Positions 1 to 10,511 of a DNA stretch of 64,000 bases are shown piece by piece. The translations under genes were made by a program, and so were the position numbers. The stretch comes from Candidatus Bathyarchaeota archaeon (GTDB lineage: Archaea; Thermoproteota; Bathyarchaeia; TCS64). Positions within the stretch are counted from its first letter, which is position 1. The number at the start of each line of letters is the position of its first letter. Below the pieces are notes generated by a model. That model was not told the DNA's origin and ran no database searches. It saw nothing but the letters and a program-made list of their open reading frames with translations. The stretch spans positions 64,001 to 128,000 of the forward strand of contig CAVYVF010000007.1 in NCBI GenBank assembly GCA_963771885.1, given 5' to 3'.

Positions 1-406
1 AGTGACGTCGTACTCGAGGCTGTAGGCTCGGCGCACAGTGGTGTCGACGCACCAGTCGCTCTGGATGCCAGCTACTATTAGCTTGTTTATGCCCCTCTTA
101 TCAAGTTCATCCTTCAGGCTTGTGTGGTAGAAAGCGTCGGGAGTCGGCTTGTTGACGACGAGCTCGCCGGGCATCGGCGCGATGGCGGGGTTGATAGGCC
201 ACCCCTGCGTACCGGGCTCGAACGGTGACCCCTTCGGCGCCGTCGTGCTGGACGAATATTACAGGCACACACGCTTCTCTGGCTCGCGTAACGAGCCCCT
301 TCATACGTGCTAGGTACTCCTCACCATTGTATGCTAGGCGCTTTAGCTCAGGTATGAAGAACGCCATCTGGACGTCGATAATCAGGAGAGCCGCCTTTCC
401 GCCCAT
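1..406 (-). CDS. Isochorismatase-family cysteine hydrolase (frameshift near 225; runs off window start)
   Basis: N-term ALLIIDVQ and VIFVQH; alternate frame continues PGELVVNKPTPDAFY...VAGIQSDWCVDTTVRRAYSLEYDV. Confidence 0.85.
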
Positions 407-492
407 GTCCGCCTGTTATTCATCTGGGGATATAAGAGGCGCGGAGCGTCAAGTTAATATCGCTGGGAACGGAAGGGGTTCCGGAGTTCGGC

Positions 493-1099
493 ATGGGCTG
501 GCAGGATATTCAGGGCGCGACAACCGTAGGCATAATCTGCAAGGGCGGCGTGATTCTCGCCTCGGAGAAGCGCGTCACATGGGGCAACATGCTTACCAGC
601 AGGGGGGGCATGAAGGTCTTCAAGCTCAACGACAGGATAGGTCTCGCCTTCGCCGGCCTCATGAGCGACATGCAGGCACTGACGCGGGAGGTCTCAGCCT
701 ACGCCAAGCTCTACGAGCTTGATAATAATCACCCTATCGGCGTCAAGGCGATGGGCAAGCTCGTCAGCAACATGCTCTTCCAGCGCAGGATGTTCCCCCT
801 CTACATGGAGACCCTCGTAGGAGGAATGGACGATGAAGGTCCCCAGCTCTTCAGCATGGACCCGGTTGGCAGCCTGATCCCTGATCCTTTCATCACTGCC
901 GGCACCGGCGCTGCGATCGCTATGGGCGTGATCGAGGCGGAGTACAAGGAGGGCATGAGCATGAAGGAAGGCGCAGATCTCGTTCTCAAGTCGATTAAAG
1001 CCGCCGTGTCCCGCGACATCGCCAGCGGCGACGGCGTGGACATGCTCCTCATTACTAAGAGACGGTGTCGAGGAGCGCTATTTCAACCTCAGGAAGTAG
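493..1099 (+). CDS. psmB: Proteasome beta subunit, Thr1-less type (probable frameshift near 1058; likely C-term DGVEERYFNLRK*)
   Basis: GATTVG...ASEKR, GLMSD, GTGA, RDIASGDG motifs of the Ntn-hydrolase proteasome beta family. Confidence 0.9.
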
Positions 1100-1220
1100 C
1101 CTCGATCAGCTTTATCGATGGCAATTCGCTATAGCTGTGAATTTCTCCCCGTTACACGTGTTAACTGAAAATCGCGTTTTATCTCTAATAAGCCGAAGCC
1201 CTCCGCCTGGAGGCTTACAT

Positions 1221-1976
1221 TTAGGCGGTTGCGCCGCCGTCTATAACGAGTGTCGCGCCGTTCATGAAGCTTGAGTCGTCGCAGGCAAGGAATAACGCAC
1301 CTTTTGCGATCTCCTCTGGCCTCCCGAGCCTCTTGAGTGGGACATCCTGCTCGAGGCTCCTGCGCCTTAAGGCGGGGTCGGGTGACCTGTTCATGCCCTG
1401 CTCGAGCATGGGGGTGAGGGTGACTCCGGGGCATAAGCAGTTGACGCGTATGTTCCTGTCGCCGAACTCGATGGCGAGGGCACGCGTTATCTGGACTACG
1501 CCACCCTTGGCGGCGCAGTAGGCGGCGTAGTTGCGGGCACCTGTGATGCCTATCTCACTGGCGGTGTTTACGATGACGCCCCCACTCCTTTTTAGCATTT
1601 CAGGGATGACTCTTTTGCAGCCTAGGAAGACACTCTTCATATCGTTGTCAACGACAGCGTTCCAGTCCTCCTCACTCGTCTCGAGGAACGGGCGGTACAA
1701 ACCAATGCCCGCGTTATTGTAGAGGACGTCGACACCTCCGTAGGCGTCCACAGCGATCTTGACTGCCCTTTCCCAGTCACGTGCCATAGAGACGTCAGTC
1801 TTGACGAACACGGCGTCCGAGCCAATTTCGCACGCCATCTTTGCGACCTCCTCGCCTCTGTCGCTTCTCGAAATTAGCGTGAGCCTTGCGCCCTCGCCTG
1901 CGAATAGGAGCGCTGCGGCCTTGCCTATTCCCGATGATGCCCCTGTGATAATGACTGACTTTCCCTCTAGCTTCAT
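1221..1976 (-). CDS. Short-chain dehydrogenase/reductase
   Basis: TGASSGIG, NNAG, YCAAK, IDGG. Confidence 0.95.
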   Translation of the reverse strand: MKLEGKSVIITGASSGIGKAAALLFAGEGARLTLISRSDRGEEVAKMACEIGSDAVFVKTDVSMARDWERAVKIAVDAYGGVDVLYNNAGIGLYRPFLETSEEDWNAVVDNDMKSVFLGCKRVIPEMLKRSGGVIVNTASEIGITGARNYAAYCAAKGGVVQITRALAIEFGDRNIRVNCLCPGVTLTPMLEQGMNRSPDPALRRRSLEQDVPLKRLGRPEEIAKGALFLACDDSSFMNGATLVIDGGATA

Positions 1977-2112
1977 GGGTGATACGCCGCGGCAAGGCGC
2001 TTATCTCGTTTACCCCAGTGGGAAAGGATTTAGTGGGTATAGCACGCGACTGCTCTTCCGTTTCCACGTTGAAAAAGGCTTTTAACCTCGCTAGGAGTCT
2101 CAAGGGCGTTAG

Positions 2113-2187
2113 GGGCGCGTAGATTAGTAGTAGATTGCCTGCCTCGCACGCAGGAGGTCAGGGGTTCAATTCCCCTCGCGTCCACCA
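2113..2187 (+). tRNA. tRNA-Ala(CGC), intron-less, CCA encoded
   Basis: Acceptor GGGCGCG/CGCGTCC with G3:U70 Ala determinant; anticodon arm CCTGC-CT-CGC-AC-GCAGG; T arm AGGGG-TTCAATT-CCCCT. Confidence 0.95.
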
Positions 2188-2194
2188 CAACATT

Positions 2195-2469
2195 CTAGAG
2201 CTTGAATTCCGGGCTCTTCCTGTAGATTTCGAGGTACATCTCCCTGAAGGAGTCGAGGAAGACCCCCGCCTTCTCCGTGGTTTTATAGAGGTTGCTGCCC
2301 TCCTCCTCGTACCTCTTGAGGAACCCCCTCTTGAGCAGGAAGTCCATGTGCTCCTGCGCAATGTCGCTATTGAGGCTGCACCTGTGAACTATGCTTGTGA
2401 AGGTCCTCGGGCTGCGGCAGTAGGTGAGTACCTCCCAGTAGATTCGTAGAGGGTCCTCTTTCCGGTCAT
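2195..2469 (-). CDS. Small archaeal winged-helix transcriptional regulator (frameshift near 2443; not correctly captured by ORF track)
   Basis: Reconstructed MTGKRTLYE(I)YWEVLTYCRSPRTFTSIVHRCSLNS...HMDFLLKRGFL...YKTTEKAGVFLDSFREMYLEIYRKSPEFKL*; abuts upstream gene. Confidence 0.75.
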
Positions 2470-3093
2470 CTATGAGCCCTCTAGTAGCTTCCCTAGCCTC
2501 TCCTCAGCTTCACCTGAGCCCTCGACGCGGCTGTCCCATGTCGCCGTGAACCTCGTGATGAAGGTGGGTATCATCAGACCTAACACGCCGAAGGCCAGGC
2601 AGAGCGCAAGCCCCGCCACCGATAGCAGGATGTTTGCCTGCGTGGTAGATCCAAGAGTCCCTACTAAGTTGACGGCCTGCAGTGCCGCTGAGGCTAGGAA
2701 GAACATCCCCGTGACCCTGCTCCCGAGCTTGAGCTGACCGATATTCTCCTGCTTGTCCCTATACCACGCGATGCTCCTGACGATGAGCCTCGTCAGGGCG
2801 TCTCCACTCGCCTTTACGTTACTCACCTCGTCCTTGAGTTCGTCGAACCCGTCGAATACCTCGGCGCTCTTGACGAGCCAGCTTATCGCGAAGGCGCATC
2901 CGGCAAGGGCCAGCCCCGCGATCCCCAGATTAAGGATCTCTATAGGTTGCCCTGCGAAGATCGGCTGCACGTTGCCGACGCCCCACGCTACACCGAAGGC
3001 CATGCCTAGCCCTGCGCCGACTATGTTGAGGATTATGAGGGCGAAAAAACTCCTCATCTCCCTATTGAACCTCTCGAATGTATCGTTCTCCAT
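2470..3093 (-). CDS. Hypothetical membrane protein (~4 TM)
   Basis: 207-aa ORF with four hydrophobic segments; adjacent to the wHTH gene. Confidence 0.75.
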   Translation of the reverse strand: MENDTFERFNREMRSFFALIILNIVGAGLGMAFGVAWGVGNVQPIFAGQPIEILNLGIAGLALAGCAFAISWLVKSAEVFDGFDELKDEVSNVKASGDALTRLIVRSIAWYRDKQENIGQLKLGSRVTGMFFLASAALQAVNLVGTLGSTTQANILLSVAGLALCLAFGVLGLMIPTFITRFTATWDSRVEGSGEAEERLGKLLEGS

Positions 3094-3398
3094 TCTATTC
3101 TACCTCCAAATACACGAGACGAGTATAAATAATATAAGGCGGTATGAAAGAATGTTACATGCTTGAGTTATGTAGTGAATGCTATTATTCAACTAATTAA
3201 TTCACTATGATAAAATGAAGTTGGGTGCCTATATTTAGAGCCAATTATATTGACATTTACTATCCATACAATCTTTATCGAGAAAATAAACGTTTAAATA
3301 TCCTGCAATCCCCCTCAGACGAAATTAAAGGATTAACAGTTGGGATACATCCACGGGGAAAAACATTCTGCGGAGTTTTGTGGGTGGAATAACAGCAT

Positions 3399-5346
3399 TT
3401 GATTGAGTCACTCTACCAGATCGGCCTGCTCCTCCTGATCCTGAGCATCTTCTACCCCTTCGCTGTATTCATTAAGCGGAGCAGTGCCCCGCGGGCTCTC
3501 TCTAACACGTCCCTGATACTCTCCTCCCTACTGCTCACCGTGGCGTCCGTCCTACTCCTGCTCGACGGAAATGAGGTGGCTATCTTCAGCCACGTCTTCG
3601 CCCCGAGCCTCACCCTCTCCTTATCCGTCGACCGCCTCTCCGCATTCTTCGTTCTCGTGGTCTCCATCGTCTCCCTGAGCGTCGGGATATTCACGCCCGG
3701 TTACTTCCACCACGTCGAGTCCGAGGTACGCCGCAGCGTGGTCACATCCACAACAAGCATCTTCGTCGCCTCGATGCTCCTACTAGTCGTATCGCGTGAC
3801 ACTTTCTCGTTCCTCCTTTTCTGGGAGGCGATGAGCCTCTCCTCCTTCATGCTCGTCATGACGAGCTATGAGGCGAGGGAGGCGGGGAAGGCGGGGCTGT
3901 TCTACTTCGCGATGACGCAGCTGAGCACAATGTGCCTGATGGCGGGTTTCCTCGCCCTCTACGCGTTGACGGGTTCCTATTCGATCCCCTTCGCAGGCGT
4001 GATTGACCCGACTGTCCTCAGCATAATATTCGTAGTGCTCTTCATTGGCTTAGGCATCAAAGCGGGCGTCGTGCCGTTTCACAAGTGGCTTCCCTATGCC
4101 CACCCGGCGAGCCCCTCGAACGTCTCCGCTCTCATGTCAGGCGTCATGATAAAGGTCGCGATCTACGGCCTGATACGCTTCGTCTCCGGCGTCGCGTTCC
4201 CGCCGACATGGTGGGGTGGGCTCATTCTAGTCGCCGGCACCGTCTCCGCCGTCCTCGGCGTCGTCTACGCGATGAAGGAGCACGACGTCAAGCGCCTCCT
4301 CGCTTACCACAGTATCGAGAACGTCGGCATAATACTCGTCGCCTACGGGTTGAGCGTCAGTCTTCTCCAGCTACGGGCTCGCCGACCTAGCGAATCTCTG
4401 CCTCGTTGCCTCACTCTTCCACACCCTCAACCACGCCCTCTTCAAGAGCCTCCTCTTCATGACTGCGGGCTCGGTCATCAACGCGACTGGGCTGCGGAAC
4501 GTGGAGGAGCTTGGGGGGCTGATCAAGAGGATGCCCTACACGGCTGTTCTCTTCCTGATTGGGGCGGTCGCCATCTCGGGTCTGCCTCCCTTCAACGGCT
4601 TCGTGAGTGAGCTGATGATCTTCCAGGCGTTCTTCGCGGGGTGGCGCGTCGGAGGACCACTTGAGTCGGCGGTTATGCTTGCTTGCCTCGCCGTCTTTGC
4701 TCTAACGAGCGCCCTCGCCGCCGCTTGTTTCGTCAAGCTCTTCGGGACCATGTTTCTAGCAGCGCCGCGGAGCGAGGAGGCGGGTGAGGCACACGAGGTC
4801 AGGGGAGGGATGTTAGCCGGCCCCGCGATCCCGGCGGTGCTCTGCGTACTACTCGGGGTCTTCTCCTACCAGTTCCTCGCCCCCCTGGGGCTGGGCGCCT
4901 ACGTGCCAAACATGGCGGTCTTCGGGGTCGCCCTCCTCGTCTCTGGGGCCGCGGTCTTCGCCATCATCCGACTGTTCTCCAGCCGCGAGACACGCGTCTC
5001 TGAGACCTGGGGCTGCGGCATACATGAGCAGGACAGCCGCATGGAGTACACGCCTTCCGGCTTCTCCGAGCCCATCATGATAATCTTCAGGCAGATTTAC
5101 CGGACGCAGGAGCGCCTCGACCTCACCTACTATGACAGGAACCGCGTCATCCTACGCGGGGGTCTCGCCGAGGTGCGCCTCGTCAAGCTCTTTGAGGACC
5201 GGCTCTACCTCCCCGCGGCGAACGCGGCGCTCCGCGTCTCCGAGGCCTTTAACAGGGCGCAGGAGGAGCCACTCAGCGACTCCTACTTTCTCTACATCTT
5301 CGCGGCATGCCTCGCGCTTCTCATCGCCGGGGGGCTACTGCTATGA
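3399..5346 (+). CDS. hyfB: Ehr/hydrogenase-4 antiporter-like membrane subunit (HyfB/NuoL family), frameshift near 4365
   Basis: FWEAMSL, KAGVVPFHKWLPYAHPASPSNVSALMSG, LLAYHSIEN, GLPPFNGFVSE, TWGCG...MEYTPSGFSEP. Confidence 0.9.
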
Positions 5347-6284
5347 TAGAGCAACTAACCTACGTCGCCCTGAACACGCTCGTCTTCTTACTCGTCTCGC
5401 CGCTGTTCGTCAGCCTCGTGAAGAAGGTGAAGGCGTGGTGTCAGGGGAGGCGGGGGCCGCCGCTCCTACAGGGCTATTACAACGTCGCGAAGCTATTGCG
5501 TAAGGAGGTAGTCTACTCCTCGACATCCTCGTGGGTTATGCGGTTCACCCCTTATCTGAGCATGTCCGTCCTTGCTGTCGCGTCTCTGGCGGTGCCGCTC
5601 GTGCTCGTGCCCGGCGACCTCTGGGGCCTAGGCAACGTGATACTGCTCATCTACGCGCTGGCGCTCGCCAAGTTCTTCATGGCGCTCTCTGGCCTCGACG
5701 CGGGCAGCACCTTCGGCGGCATGGGAGCGAGCCGCGAGATGAGCCTCTCGGCCGTCTTCGAGCCCGTCGTCATAATGGTCTTCGCTGCCCTCAGTTACCT
5801 GCTCCACACTTCAGACGTGCCGCAGATGCTCGGCCTCGGGATCGGGGCACCTCTAATACTGATCCACCCGACGCTCATTCTGCTCCTAATCAGCCTTTTC
5901 ATAATTCTAATAGTCGAGACGGCGCGGGTGCCTGTGGACAATCCGGAGACCCACCTCGAGTTGACGATGATTCACGAGGCTATGATACTGGAGCAGTCGG
6001 GGCGCAACCTCGCACTGATGGAGTACAGCTACGCGCTGAAGAACACCCTCTTCATCGCCCTGCTAGTAAACCTCGCGTTTCCCTGGGGGCTGACGACTGA
6101 GCTGAGCCTCGTGCCCATCTGCGTAGGCGTCGCCTTATTCCTAGCTAAGGGCGTCTTGGCTTCCCTACTCATCGGGCTCGTCGAGTCGAGCCTCGCCAAG
6201 TACCGCCTCTTCAGGATGCCGAGCATGTTCACGGTGGTCCTGTTCTTCTCTTTCCTCACGATAATCCTGGAGGTGTTCAGTTAA
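5343..6284 (+). CDS. hyfC: Ehr/HyfC (NuoH-like) membrane subunit
   Basis: QGRRGPPLLQ, FGGMGASRE, ETARVPVDNPETHLELTMIHE. Confidence 0.92.
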   Translation: MIEQLTYVALNTLVFLLVSPLFVSLVKKVKAWCQGRRGPPLLQGYYNVAKLLRKEVVYSSTSSWVMRFTPYLSMSVLAVASLAVPLVLVPGDLWGLGNVILLIYALALAKFFMALSGLDAGSTFGGMGASREMSLSAVFEPVVIMVFAALSYLLHTSDVPQMLGLGIGAPLILIHPTLILLLISLFIILIVETARVPVDNPETHLELTMIHEAMILEQSGRNLALMEYSYALKNTLFIALLVNLAFPWGLTTELSLVPICVGVALFLAKGVLASLLIGLVESSLAKYRLFRMPSMFTVVLFFSFLTIILEVFS

Positions 6285-6967
6285 TGGACGCCACCTTCTA
6301 CGCCGAGGTGTTACGGGTGCTGCTGGTCCTCGTCGTCGTTACGGCGGCTGCTATAGTTGTCATGAGGGATATCCCCTTCCTCTTCGCGAGCTATGCCTTC
6401 CAGTCGCTGCTTCTCGCCCTTGTCGCCTTCGCCCTCTACGCGGAGACAGGTGAGCTCTCCCTCATCGGCGTGGGTGTGGCGACGATCGTGGGGAAGGTGC
6501 TGATAATCCCCCGCTTCATGGGCAAGATACAGGGCGACATGCGTGTGCGCCGCGACATAGAGTTCCGCATCTTAAGCCCAACGACGAGCGTGTTACTCTC
6601 CGTAGCCGTGCTCTTCATCGTCCACTACTCCTTCCAGCGCTTCGCCGCCGTGCTGGAGCTCGACACCGTCCACTACCTCGGCACAATCTTCGGGCTCCTC
6701 CTCGTCTTCATGGGGCTGCTAGTCATGTTCAGCAGGAGGAGGCCGATCACGAAGATAGTAGGCTACCTCACGATGGAGAACGGGGTTCTCCTCTTCAGCC
6801 TATTCTTCGCGGCGCTGCCCCTCGTCTTCGAGGTTATAGTGACCGTCGACCTGATCGTCGTCGTCCTGCTGGCGACTTTACTCGCCTTCGGGGAGTCCTC
6901 GGACGTTGACACCTTCCAGAGGCGTCTAGTTCCGTTCAAAACGTGGATACTGGAGGGGGACGAATGA
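6284..6967 (+). CDS. hyfE: Ehr/HyfE membrane subunit
   Basis: Hydrophobic; GYLTMENG motif; operon position. Confidence 0.85.
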   Translation: MDATFYAEVLRVLLVLVVVTAAAIVVMRDIPFLFASYAFQSLLLALVAFALYAETGELSLIGVGVATIVGKVLIIPRFMGKIQGDMRVRRDIEFRILSPTTSVLLSVAVLFIVHYSFQRFAAVLELDTVHYLGTIFGLLLVFMGLLVMFSRRRPITKIVGYLTMENGVLLFSLFFAALPLVFEVIVTVDLIVVVLLATLLAFGESSDVDTFQRRLVPFKTWILEGDE

Positions 6968-8400
6968 TAGAGTTTTACGTTCTCCTCTGCATGGCGGCGC
7001 TCGCAATCGTGGTTGCCTCGAAGAGCAGGGTGCAGATGAACTCGGTGACCGTGGTCTACGCCTTCGTCTGTCTCGCTCTCACCGTATACGGGCTCACAGT
7101 TCCCTTGCCCATCTACTACTTCGCCGACCACCTGTTCGCCTTGACGAACCTCGGGCTCTACTTGGTCGCCGGCGCCTCGGCGGTCTTCCTCCTCGCCGCC
7201 GTCTACAGCTACGGCTACGTCCAGGACCTGCTAGACGTGGAGGCGATGAAGAGGGAGAACCTTCGCCTCTTCTATATCTCTTTCAACCTGCTGCTGCTCT
7301 CCGTAGTACTCGCGTTCCTCTCGAACAGCGTTGCCCTCTTCTGGGTCTTCACGGAGCTGACGACGCTCTTCTCCTGCGTGCTGGTTGTGTCGGTTAGAGA
7401 CAGGGGCGCGATACACGCTGCGCTAAACTACGTCTTCGTCGCCTCGGCGGCGATGATTTTCAGCTTTATGGGGATACTTATGGCTTATGCTCTCACGACT
7501 GGTGGCACCGTCGCCCTCAACTGGGACAGCCTCGCCGCCGGTGCGTCCTCATTCAACGCCCATCTACTCGGGCTAGCGGCGGTCTTCATGTTCGTGGGCT
7601 TCGCCGCCAAGGCGGCCGTCGCGCCGTTCCACACGGGGCTCGCCCCCGTCTACGGGAGGGGTCCCGTCATATTCAGCGTGTTGTCGGGCTCGCTGCTGAC
7701 AGTCGGGGTGTACGGACTCATCCGAGTCAACTCGATTGTCTCCGGGACAGCCGCAGGCTCCGCCTTCTCGATGCTCCTCATAGGCTTCGGCGTGTTCACC
7801 ATCGCGGTGGCGGGCTTCACGATGCTCGCCCAGAGGAGGCTTCGCAGGCTCTTCGCCTTCTCAAGTGTAGAGAATATGGGTGTGGCGCTGATCGCAGTCG
7901 GCGTTGGGACGCCTGTGACGCTCCTCTGGGTGCTCTATCACCTCGTGGCGCACGGGTTCGCCAAGTCGCTGATCTTCTTCAGTCACGGCATTCTTCGCGT
8001 CCAGTACCGGAGCGTGGATGATGGGAAGGTGGTCAACCTGATCAGGCTTCAGCCGCTGGCGCTTGCTGGGCTCGTGGTGGGGAGCGCAGCTGTGATAGGG
8101 GCACCCCTCCTCCCCCTCTTCCTATCGAAGTTTTTCATACTATCAGAGCTAGCGAAGCTATCCCCTATCTTGCTGGGGCTAACGCTGCTCCTGCTCGCTA
8201 TAGTAGCGATCGCCGTGGGATATTCATTGATACACGTTGTGACACGTGTTGAGGAGGGTGGGCCGAAGCCCGTCTCGGTCACCCCTTCGATGTGGGCGCC
8301 GATCGCGGTGTTGATCCTTGTATTATTCGTTCTCGGCTTGGCAATGCCGGAGGGACTACATGCAGTCCTCGCCGGTGCCCTAGCCGAACTGGGGGTCTGA
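6964..8400 (+). CDS. hyfF: Ehr/HyfF antiporter-like membrane subunit
   Basis: WVFTELTT, KAAVAPFH, FAFSSVEN, HGFAKS, FLSKF. Confidence 0.88.
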   Translation: MIEFYVLLCMAALAIVVASKSRVQMNSVTVVYAFVCLALTVYGLTVPLPIYYFADHLFALTNLGLYLVAGASAVFLLAAVYSYGYVQDLLDVEAMKRENLRLFYISFNLLLLSVVLAFLSNSVALFWVFTELTTLFSCVLVVSVRDRGAIHAALNYVFVASAAMIFSFMGILMAYALTTGGTVALNWDSLAAGASSFNAHLLGLAAVFMFVGFAAKAAVAPFHTGLAPVYGRGPVIFSVLSGSLLTVGVYGLIRVNSIVSGTAAGSAFSMLLIGFGVFTIAVAGFTMLAQRRLRRLFAFSSVENMGVALIAVGVGTPVTLLWVLYHLVAHGFAKSLIFFSHGILRVQYRSVDDGKVVNLIRLQPLALAGLVVGSAAVIGAPLLPLFLSKFFILSELAKLSPILLGLTLLLLAIVAIAVGYSLIHVVTRVEEGGPKPVSVTPSMWAPIAVLILVLFVLGLAMPEGLHAVLAGALAELGV

Positions 8401-8404
8401 TGAA

Positions 8405-9952
8405 ATGACTACGATTCGCGAGTTAGCGCTAGGGCTCTTCGAGGGCATAGTGATGCACGAGGCGCATAACGAGTGCTACTTCTCAGTCGATGAGCCACAC
8501 TTCCACGATGCTATCAACGCACTATCAGGCGCCGGCTTCGGTCTCATGGGGCTCTTCTGCGTCGAGGGCTTCGAGGGCGAGGCGCTTAGCATCCTCTACG
8601 CCTTTGAGAAGAAGGACGCGGAGGGCATCCTCTTCATAGTCAGGGGCGTCGTGGGCGGCGTCGCCTCGATTGCCGACATCTACCCATCCGCCTCTTGGTA
8701 CGAGCGCGAGGCTGCCGACGGCTTCGGTATCCGCTTCGCCGACGCCTTCGACAGGCGCCGCCTTTTCCTGCACGAGGTCTACCCCGAGGGCTTCCACCCG
8801 CTCCAGAAGCTGTTCGTGAACGGCCCCATGAAGCTGGGCGGCGCGAGGGCTGAGGAGTACCGCTTCAAGCGCGTCTCCGGTGAAGGCGTCTACCAGATAC
8901 CCGTCGGCCCCGTCCACGCAGGCGTTATCGAGCCCGGCCACTTCCGCTTCAGCGTTATCGGCGAGTCCGTTTTCAGCCTCGAGCTCAGGATGTTCTGGAA
9001 GCATAGGGGCGTCGAGAAGCTCTCCGAGGGGCGCATGCCCGCCGACTGCGTTAGGATCGCCGAGTCGATAAGCGGTGACGAGTCCGCGTCGAACGCACTC
9101 GCCTACTGCATGGCGGTCGAGCGTATATCAGGAGCATCCGTCCCCGAGAGGGGGTGGGCCCTAAGGACGGTCTACGCGGAGCTAGAGCGCATCTACGCCC
9201 TTCTCGGCGATCTCGCCGGGATGGTTGTTGACGTAGCCTATCCTGTGGGCGCTAGCCCATTCTTCATCCTCAGGGAGGAGATTCTCAGGTGGAACGCCTC
9301 CCTGACCGGTTCACGCTTTCTTAAGAAGGCGGTGCGCCTCGGTGGTGCCGTCGACCCGGGGGATGAGAAGCTCGGCGAGCTAGTATTATATCTCGAGCGG
9401 TTTACGACACGCTTCTCGGAGACATGGAGGCACGTTGTAAACAACCCGAACGTTGTGGACAGGTTTGAGACGACGGGCGTGCTGAAGACGGAGCTCGTGT
9501 CTCTGCTGCACGTCACGGGGCCCGTAGCTCGGGCGTCTGGTGTCGCAGTCGATACGCGCGTTGATCATCCCTATGGTGTCTACCCGGAGGTCTTCAAGGA
9601 GATTGGACCGCAGAGCGGCGGCGACGTCATGGCGAGGTTCCAGCAGAAGTCGGGGGAGGTGCTGGCCTCGGCTACGATAATCAAAGGGATCGTGGAGAAG
9701 ATGCCACAAGGCGCGGCAAGGGTTGATGTGCCTGTCAGGGACGGCTTCGCCTGCGGGCTCGTCGAGTCGCCTCGCGGCCAGAACCTCCACTGGGTCCACA
9801 TACGCGGCGGGCGGGTGAGCCGGTATAAGGTGAGGACTGCCTCCTACTGCAACTGGCAGGCTATGGAGCATGCCGTCCCCGGTAACATCGTCCCCGATTT
9901 CCCGCTCGTCAACAAGAGCTTCAACCTCTCCTACGCGGGGACGGACCTCTAG
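8405..9952 (+). CDS. Ehr large subunit (NuoC-NuoD/HyfG-like), lacking NiFe-binding CxxC motifs
   Basis: GPVHAGVIEPGHFRF, HRGVEKL, ESPRG, NKSFNLSYAGTDL; ESISGD in place of RxCGxC and no DPCxxC. Confidence 0.9.
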   Translation: MTTIRELALGLFEGIVMHEAHNECYFSVDEPHFHDAINALSGAGFGLMGLFCVEGFEGEALSILYAFEKKDAEGILFIVRGVVGGVASIADIYPSASWYEREAADGFGIRFADAFDRRRLFLHEVYPEGFHPLQKLFVNGPMKLGGARAEEYRFKRVSGEGVYQIPVGPVHAGVIEPGHFRFSVIGESVFSLELRMFWKHRGVEKLSEGRMPADCVRIAESISGDESASNALAYCMAVERISGASVPERGWALRTVYAELERIYALLGDLAGMVVDVAYPVGASPFFILREEILRWNASLTGSRFLKKAVRLGGAVDPGDEKLGELVLYLERFTTRFSETWRHVVNNPNVVDRFETTGVLKTELVSLLHVTGPVARASGVAVDTRVDHPYGVYPEVFKEIGPQSGGDVMARFQQKSGEVLASATIIKGIVEKMPQGAARVDVPVRDGFACGLVESPRGQNLHWVHIRGGRVSRYKVRTASYCNWQAMEHAVPGNIVPDFPLVNKSFNLSYAGTDL

Positions 9953-9960
9953 GTGATTTC

Positions 9961-10483
9961 ATGGAGACTGTAAAGAGACTCATTGGGCGGAAGGCGACGG
10001 AGGATTTCGTGCTACGCGATGAGGAGTTTGAGGCTGCTCGGCGCACAGCTCAAGCGTCAAATAGACGCCGTCTTCGGGCGAAGCATCGCGATACGCGAGG
10101 TCGACACTGGCAGCGACAACTCACCCGAGATTGAGTTGAACAACCTCGCCACCCCCTACTATGATATAGAGCGCTTCGGTGTGAGCTTCGTCGCATCGCC
10201 CCGCCACGCGGATGTCCTCGCTGTAACCGGCCCAGTCACCCACAACATGGTGGAAGCGCTTCTGAAGACATACGAGGCGACGCCCAGTCCCAAATTCGTC
10301 GTCGCTGTGGGGGATGACGCTTGCGGCACAGGCGTGTTCAGCGAGTCTTATGCGGTTATCGGCTCCGTTGAGAAGGTGATACCCGTCGATCTGAAGATAC
10401 CTGGCGACCCACCGACGCCTACAGAGATAATGAAGGGATTGCTCGCCCTCATGAGGGTGGCGCGTGAAAGACGCGGGGCATAA
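9961..10483 (+). CDS. Ehr small subunit (NuoB/HyfI-like) with Cys ligands replaced; frameshift near 10028
   Basis: YYDIERFGVSFVASPRHADVLAVTGPVT; ATG at 9961 joins the listed ORF after a 1-nt shift in a T run. Confidence 0.88.
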
Positions 10484-10511
10484 CTGACCACCTTCAGCTG
10501 ATTGGAACCTA

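Noticed and set aside
8405..9952. Group 4 [NiFe]-hydrogenase / formate hydrogenlyase
   Set aside because: Both NiFe-binding CxxC motifs are absent, and no maturation genes are in the window.
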